Shown here piece after piece: positions 20,767 to 27,196 of a stretch of DNA of 27,196 bases. The notes beneath the pieces are model-generated. The model did not search any database. It saw only the letters and a list, made by a program, of their open reading frames with translations, and was not told the DNA's origin. Position 1 is the stretch's first letter; every line of letters starts with the position of its first letter. Source of the stretch: Alphaproteobacteria bacterium. GTDB lineage: Bacteria > Pseudomonadota > Alphaproteobacteria > UBA8317. A program made the position numbers and the translations under genes. The DNA lies in the NCBI GenBank assembly GCA_038131935.1, contig JAYPQH010000029.1, positions 1 to 27,196 of the forward strand, read 5' to 3'.

Positions 20767-21048
20767 TCAAAGCTGCACATGTTTGGTAGAGGCAATGCGT
20801 TGAAATAAAATAGAATCAACCTCTTCTGGTGTCTCGATTCGGCCTGTGATCCAGCCATATAATTGGTGATCATTATGGCTTAGAATCGATTCATATTCAT
20901 CCAACTCCACGGCTGTGAGTTCACGTAGATGTGCATCGGCAAACTGGCCCAGTATGATATCCATTTCTTTGATACCACGATGCCAAGAACGATAACGGAG
21001 CCTTTTAATGCGAAGTTCTAGATTTTCCTGTGATTGAGATGTGACCAT
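20767..21048 (-). CDS. sdhE: Succinate dehydrogenase flavinylation/assembly factor (SdhE/Sdh5)
   Basis: KRLRYRSWHRGIKEMDIILG (RGxxE motif) and DHQLYGWITG; typical position between recG and mfd. Confidence 0.92.
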   Translation of the reverse strand: MVTSQSQENLELRIKRLRYRSWHRGIKEMDIILGQFADAHLRELTAVELDEYESILSHNDHQLYGWITGRIETPEEVDSILFQRIASTKHVQL

Positions 21049-21098
21049 TATCAAATTTTCCTTTATATACATTCATTCACGTAATTGAGCCCAGACAG

Positions 21099-23149
21099 AT
21101 GAAAAAAAATGACACTGCAAATATGGTAGAATTGTCATATCGAGGCATGGAGCCTGTCACAAGTCTATCTGGTGTTGGGCCTCATTTGGCAGCTCAGCTT
21201 GAGAAACTCAATATCAAGACATTGCTGGATTTAAGTCTTCACGTGCCAAGTCGTAGAGAAGCGATAGAGCTTTGGCCAGGACGCATCCCTCTTCCTGAAA
21301 AAACAGTGGCAATGCAACTTTTTATTTTGCAACATCGTCCTGGAAAGCGTGGTTATCCCTACAAGATACAAGCACGCATAGGTACACAAAATATTGATCT
21401 CATTTTTACCATGCATACCCTCAAACCTTAGCCCGTCAATTTCCACTTGATCAATTCGTTATGGCTTGGGGTAAGCCAGATCTTAAACGTGGGCAATTGC
21501 AAGTCGTACATCCAGAACCTATTCCCGCTGATCAGCCTTCTCTTGTTCGACTTATCTATCCAACCACAGAGGGGTTAAGGGTACCGCGGTTGCAGCGGTT
21601 AATAAAATCCGCCCTGGCGCAGCTTCCAGATATTGAAGAATGGTTACCCCCTCAAATGCTCATTAATGAAGGATGGCAAGATGTAAGGACATCTCTCAAT
21701 CACTTACATGCCACAGATGAGGTTTCTGAAAATTTGTTGGAGCAAGCCCGACGCCGGTTAGCGTTTGACGAAATGCTCGCTCATCAACGAAGATTGCTCA
21801 GGTTCCGAAGCCTTGATGTTTCCGCAAGCGTTCAGGCGCCTGTGTGCCCAAAAGATTTTTTACCTAAGATTTTAAAAGTCCTACCTTTTACCCTTACAGA
21901 TGATCAATTTTCTGCGGTAGAGAAGTGTTTAGAGAAGGCAAAAACTGGCAAGCCATTGTCATGTTTGTTGCAAGGCGATGTAGGTTCAGGAAAAACATTG
22001 GTAGCATTTTGCGTGATGGCCTACATGGTGATGCATGGTTGGCAATCATGTTTGATGGCGCCAACGGACATTCTGGCCAAACAACATGAAGCCACCATAG
22101 CGCCCTTAGCCAATGCTTTGGGCCTACCCTTGATGTATTTGTCCGGACGACTTGGTTCCAAACAGCGACGTGATGCTTTGAACGCTATAAGTGAGCAAGT
22201 TGGTATTGTGATTGGAACCCATGCGTTGTTTCAAGATGATGTGGCATTTAAGGCCTTAGGTTGTGTTGTGATTGATGAGCAACATCGATTTGGTGTCGCA
22301 CAGCGCGCAGCCCTGACTCAAAAAGGTAAATGCGTTCATTTTATGGCGATGACGGCGACACCAATTCCTAGAACATTGGCCATGACTTTATATGGCGACT
22401 TAGATGTCATTAAAATCAGGGAAAAACCCAAGGGGCGCTTACCCATAGAAACAATAGCAACGTCTATTCGACGCCTTGACGATCTCTGTCAAGGATTAAA
22501 GCGTATTCTGAGTCGTGGTGAACAAGCCTTTTGGATTTGCCCTGTTATTGAAGAAGATTCTGAGCTTGGGCTTATGTCTGCTGTGGCGCGTGCCAAGATG
22601 CTTGAGCCGCATTATCCTGGATTGGTGGGGCTTGTTCACGGGCAATTATCAAGTGATGAAAAAGACCAGGTAATGGCATCTTTTGCAAATGGTGATTGCA
22701 AGGTTTTGGTGGCTACCACGGTTGTCGAGGTTGGCGTGAATATTCCACAAGCGTCGGTCATGGTGGTTGAACATGCAGAGCGGTTCGGATTGGCGCAATT
22801 GCATCAACTGCGTGGGCGTGTTGGACGTGGTCATGTAAAGAGCCGTTGTGTGCTGTTATATTACCCTCCACTCGGTGAGGTGGCACGTGAACGTATTGCT
22901 GTATTGCGTGATACAGAGGATGGATTTTTGATTGCAGAAGAAGATTTAAAGCTCAGGGGCGCTGGTGATCTCGTTGGGACGAGACAATCAGGTGTTCCTT
23001 TTTTCCGATTTGCAAACCTTGTGACTGATTCAGATCTTCTGGTGGATGCACAAAAATTTGCACGTATGTCATGGGATGATGAAAAATTAAGATTGCTTGA
23101 TCTTATTTTTTCTGAGCGTCAGGATGTGGATGATCACCTTCTTTCATAG
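21099..23149 (+). CDS. recG: ATP-dependent DNA helicase RecG; frameshift near 21405
   Basis: LSGVGP, RRRLAFDE, LPFTLT..Q, LQGDVGSGKT, DEQHRFGV.QR, TATPIPRTL, QLRGRVGRG and DGFLIAEEDLKLRGAG. Confidence 0.96.
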
Positions 23150-23818
23150 ATTTTTTGTCAATGCCTTCGTTAATAATTCCCCCTGAGATGATCATGCGTG
23201 CGGCTTGCTCTACACTCATATCTAGTTCGATAATATCTTCTTTGTTAACAAAGAGTAAAAAGCCAGAAGTGGGGTTTGGTGTTGTGGGTAAAAATACGGA
23301 TACCATATTATTCTGCAATTTTTGGGCAACCTCGCCTTTTGTTGGTGACGTGATGAAGACCATCGCCCAAATACCTTTTCGGGGATATTCAATTAATCCA
23401 GCTTTTTCAAAGTTTTGGTCGCTGTTGTTAAATACGGTTTCAATAATATTTTAAGTGCTGAATAAACGGTGCGAATGACAGGCATGTTATCTACCAAACG
23501 CTCGCCATAACGTAACAATGTTCGTCCAAATGCTCTGGCGGTAATCATGCCCAAAAGTACAAAAAATATTGCCAGTAAGATCAAACCAAAGCCAGGCAGG
23601 GAAAACGGTAGATAGGTGTCAGGATTGTACGCGCTGGGTATCCATGGCTTTATGGTTTCATCCACAAGATTGATCATGCTGGATGCCATATAAAATGTAG
23701 CCGCAATGGGGGTGAAGACCACTAGGCCTGTAAAAAAATAGGTTCGCAGTCGCGCCAATATGCCAGGCTTCGTGCTTGCTTTTCGTATTTTATCTGAAGC
23801 GTTTTTGTCTTCGGTCAC
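23103..23818 (-). CDS. DUF502 family membrane protein; frameshift near 23450
   Basis: LRTYFFTGLVV..PI..T, PVIRTVYSALK, then IEYPRKGIWA and VFLPTTPNPTSGFLLFV...LDMSVE.A...IISGG. Confidence 0.88.
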
Positions 23819-23962
23819 TGGCCTCTCACAAGTCTAATTTGGCTACAAAATGATAGTGGTACTCAGTTTTTCTAGGGTCAAGTTTTTTTATGGGGTTGAG
23901 AATTTTTTACCATAGCCAAGAAATTTTCTATGTGGCGACATTAAAAACCCTTTTCATATGCC

Positions 23963-23999
23963 TTGACAAAAAAGAACAAAAAGAGAACATAAAGAGAAC
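23963..23999 (+). promoter_or_regulatory. sigma70-type promoter of imuA overlapped by two interlocking alphaproteobacterial LexA (SOS) boxes
   Basis: TTGACA at 23963-23968, followed by GAAC(23974)-N7-GAAC(23985)-N7-GAAC(23996), ending 16 nt before the imuA ATG. Confidence 0.88.
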
Positions 24000-24015
24000 A
24001 AAAAGGGTTTTTGAT

Positions 24016-24645
24016 ATGAATATCTCTAATTTAAGAAAAACCATTCAACATTTGGAACGTGCTGGTCAGGATAGCTTTTATCTAGATATGGAGGACCATA
24101 TTGGTTGGGAAGAACCTTTATCATTACCAGCATTTTGGCAATGCTCAGGGGTATCTTGCTTGGACTATATTATAGCCATAGCACGTCGGCTTGCTGGCCC
24201 CATATATTGGTTTGATTGCGCGGATACTGACTATATTCCAGATGGCTATGGATTATGGCAGCGCGGCTTACCATGGGATCAATGTTTTCGTATCAAATCA
24301 ACCACACAGCATGATCTTATTTGGGCCCTTGCCGAAGTTTTATCTTATGAATCTCGTGCGGTATTACTGATCCATGTTCCCATCGATCATGCCCATAAAT
24401 ATATGAGAAAATTACGTCTGGCGGCAGAAAAAAGTCATAGCCTTGTTGTTTTTATGAACCAACAAGAAGCCTTACCTATGATGGATGCAAGACTGACCTT
24501 TCAACCTATGAAGCAAGGTTCTTATGATCAGCGGCACCTTCATATCATGCGGCATTATCATCGTCGTCTTCCCCCAAAGAACTGGTGTCATGAGGTAAAA
24601 ATTGTCCAACCATTTATTCATTTGGCTGCCGCAGTGGGCACTTGA
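24016..24645 (+). CDS. imuA: ImuA-like protein (RecA/SulA-like), divergent
   Basis: GLWQRGLP, DLIWALAEVL and RKLRLAAE motifs; first gene of a LexA-boxed operon, before imuB and dnaE2. Confidence 0.75.
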   Translation: MNISNLRKTIQHLERAGQDSFYLDMEDHIGWEEPLSLPAFWQCSGVSCLDYIIAIARRLAGPIYWFDCADTDYIPDGYGLWQRGLPWDQCFRIKSTTQHDLIWALAEVLSYESRAVLLIHVPIDHAHKYMRKLRLAAEKSHSLVVFMNQQEALPMMDARLTFQPMKQGSYDQRHLHIMRHYHRRLPPKNWCHEVKIVQPFIHLAAAVGT

Positions 24646-26111
24646 ATCCTGCGGCACCCCTCCTCCTGCTCATATTCCTGCAGCCAGCCATCAATTTTCT
24701 GGGCGGCGTGAAGTGATCACTTGTGTCAATCCACAAGCAACAGCCTGTGGTGTAAAAATAGGTATGAATGTAGCTGATGCACGCGCTGGATGTCCTGCAT
24801 TGTATCTTGTTTCTCAGGATAACAGCCAATTGATAAAATCGTTACAAAATATGCATCTTTTGTGGGCTCAATTCACCCCTATTTTTGCTGTTGAGCAAGT
24901 ACATCATGGATTGTTTTTGGGTGTATATGAATATCCGAGGTTGTATTCCTTTGTTCCCTGATATGCAAAGCTTATTGGCACGACTATCCAATAATATTAC
25001 CCAGAGAGGGCATCGTCATCGCATAGGTTTAGCTGATAGCTATGAACAAGCTTGGGGTTTGGCTATTTATGGTATGCAACATATTAACATTGCAACCAAG
25101 CATAACTGGCGTACATTACCAGTTGAAGCCGTTCGTTTTAAGCAAGACATAACCCATAAATTACATCAATTAGGTTGTCATAATCTTGCATCTCTTGAGC
25201 CCATAAAAGGGCAAGATTTTGCCAAGCGTTTTGGGTTGCAAGCATGGGAGCGATTACAGCGCTTTCGTGGAGAAATACCTAGCATACCCATACATAGTGA
25301 ATATAAAGAAGATGATTTACACTATAGTAAAGAATATGAACCTGCTTTGCGCGAAGAAGATTGGTTACAGGCTGCCACGCATATTTTACCATATTTACTA
25401 AAAAAATTAGACGCTAACGGCGTACGCATGCAGACATTAAATATTATTCTTGAAAGTTTACAGAATGAGGGACGCGCAGCATCTGTACAATGTTCATTAC
25501 GCACACAAACCCCTAGCAATATGTATTCCCATTGGTCGGAATTGATGAGGCTGTCTCTTGCTTCAACGGAACCACCTGGTTTGATAAGCCAGATAACACT
25601 AGAAGCCGATGTGGTTAAGCATCCAGGTCATACCGGAAAACTTACATCTGATCGGATAGAATATGGTCGCATGTGGTTGCTTGAGAGGCTATCTCAACGA
25701 TTGGGAGCTGAACATGTCATAAAACTTCTCCCAAGCTTATCACAATTGCCTGATCAACGCACACAACATGTATCAGCTGTATATGCTGGTGAATTAAATC
25801 ATCATACATCTCACCATCATGATGTCTTTTTGGCACCTGTTGTGATGCTGAAACAACCTGAACAGATTACCCCTGTTGTCCCAACAGCTTATGCAGAACC
25901 ACCTATGCGTTGGCGTTGGAGAGGCCAAGCCCATGATAGAAGAGATATGTTTGGCCCAGACCTGTATGTGCCTGAATGGTGGCTTGATTTGCCTCAATGG
26001 CGTGACGGTACACGTTCCTATTGGTGGGTCCAAGATGATCAAGGTTTGTGGTTTTGGCTATATCAAACAACAGAAGGCAATGGCGAACATTGGTTTGTTC
26101 ATGGTTGGTGA
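24602..26111 (+). CDS. imuB: ImuB (catalytically inactive Y-family polymerase); frameshift near 24925
   Basis: IWLPQW, A..CGVKIGM.VADARA.CP.L, QFTP, LPVEAVR, KRFG, LLERLSQRLG and the C-terminal PEWW...RSYWWV.D..G.WFWLY...WFVHG; TTG start after GAGGT. Confidence 0.85.
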
Positions 26112-27196
26112 AGATGTTGAATTTCATGTCACAACCAATTTTACTTTTCTTGAAGGAGCTTCGCATCCAGAGGAACTTATCGTTCAAGCTTCAAAACTAG
26201 GCTACAAAGCTCTTGGTATTACGGATAAAATGAGCTTAGCTGGTGTGGTAAGAGCTTATCGTGAAAGTCAAAGAAAAGACTGTCACACAAGGATTTTGGT
26301 GGGGTGTGAGCTTGTCACGCAAGATGATGTTCATATGCTTGCCTACCCTAAAAACCTTCAAGGTTATGGGCAAATCAGCACAATTATTACAAGGGCACGT
26401 CGTCACGCCGCTAAAGGCTCATATCATCTTGAAGCGTCTGTCATGGAAACCATGCTACGTGATGTCATACTCATTTTACCTGGATATGCGCATGATACAA
26501 CACAAATGCCTTCCCTTATAGATTGGGGGGTTAAGCATTGGGGTTCACATTTTTATGTCGGTATTGGAACATGTGGGCATGGTAATGACCAACAACGTAT
26601 AGCCACTGAAGCATATATGGCACGTACGCGTGCTGTTGGTTTGATTGCTTGTAACCACACAATTATGCATACCAAAGAACGTCAACCAATTGCTGATTTT
26701 TTGCAGGCTATACAAAAAGGCTGTTGCTTGCATGAACTCGGTCAAAATCGTCAACGCCTTGGTCAAAAGAGATTGTTAGCAGGATCTGAGCGGGCCCGCC
26801 TATTTGCCTCTTACCCCGATGCTTTAGCTCAAGGACGTGAACTGGCAAATAAGCTTCAATTTGATTTATCTGAACTAGAATATCATTACCCTAATCCTGT
26901 TGGGTCATTGAAGCATAGTACACAAGAAGAACTTGTGCGGCGCGTAGAGAACGCCTTAGGACGTAGCGAGGCAAACCGCACGCGTTTGGCTAAGCTTGTA
27001 GAGCATGAATTGGGCATAGTTGAGCAATTGGGGTTTGCTCCTTACTTTCTTACGGTTCATGATATTGTACAATTTGCACGCGATAAGGGTATTTTGTGCC
27101 AGGACGCGGGTCAGCTGCAAACTCTGTTATTTGCTTTCTTTTGGGCATCACTGCTGTTGATCCAGAGAAGATTGATGTTTTGTTTGAGCGTTTTGT
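26101..27196 (+). CDS. dnaE2: Error-prone DNA polymerase DnaE2 (ImuC), N-terminal part, truncated by the window edge; frameshift near 27102
   Basis: Absent from the ORF track because it has no stop in the window. From ATG 26101: [38 protein letters not shown] (PHP domain), [40 protein letters not shown], then [19 protein letters not shown]....LFERF in another frame. Confidence 0.95.
   Translation, partial: MVGEDVEFHVTTNFTFLEGASHPEELIVQASKLGYKALGITDKMSLAGVVRAYRESQRKDCHTRILVGCELVTQDDVHMLAYPKNLQGYGQISTIITRARRHAAKGSYHLEASVMETMLRDVILILPGYAHDTTQMPSLIDWGVKHWGSHFYVGIGTCGHGNDQQRIATEAYMARTRAVGLIACNHTIMHTKERQPIADFLQAIQKGCCLHELGQNRQRLGQKRLLAGSERARLFASYPDALAQGRELANKLQFDLSELEYHYPNPVGSLKHSTQEELVRRVENALGRSEANRTRLAKLVEHELGIVEQLGFAPYFLTVHDIVQFARDKGILCQDAGQLQTLLFAFFWASLLLIQRRLMFCLSVL

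Noticed and set aside
563-26766. Many short alternative-frame and antisense ORFs in the supplied track (e.g. 7731-8099, 10884-11180, 18050-18379, 26261-26521)
   Set aside because: They overlap well-supported genes and show no recognisable motifs, so I treated them as shadow ORFs.
17330-27196. Cluster of DNA repair genes (mfd, recG, imuABC) as a novel repair island
   Set aside because: mfd-sdhE/recG-DUF502 is ordinary conserved synteny, and imuABC has its own promoter and variable location; there is no evidence of a joint system.
264-27196. Programmed ribosomal frameshifting or phase variation explaining the split genes
   Set aside because: The breaks hit unrelated housekeeping genes at short, varied runs with no shared slippery motif or long repeat tract.

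Overview
Chromosomal window from an alphaproteobacterium, judged from GAAC-N7-GAAC LexA boxes and the typical mltB-rlpA-dacA-tmk-holB-tatD-MBL and mfd-sdhE/recG-DUF502 gene order. It very probably spans the replication terminus: a canonical 28-bp XerC/XerD dif site lies at 7040-7067, where + and - strand gene blocks converge, and all four GGGNAGGG (KOPS) octamers found by eye point towards it. Left of dif are tRNA-Ser(UGA), ycgN, a small orphan ORF and the cell-wall/replication operon. Right of dif is a patch of metabolic and transport genes (BauB-like cupin, DMT, esterase, cyclodeaminase-family protein, MFS, acyl-CoA dehydrogenase). These are followed by a ufaD/ufaO-like pair divergent from a chrR anti-sigma gene that has no adjacent rpoE, then a family-5 solute-binding protein, mfd, sdhE, recG, DUF502 and a LexA-controlled imuA-imuB-dnaE2 cassette running off the right edge. 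Thirteen genes are broken by small indels, many at homopolymers, which most likely reflects uncorrected long-read error rather than pseudogenisation. I found no integrase, transposase, CRISPR array or defence system, and no clearly novel system. The best leads are the rpoE-less ChrR/furan-fatty-acid module, the dif region and the imu promoter architecture.
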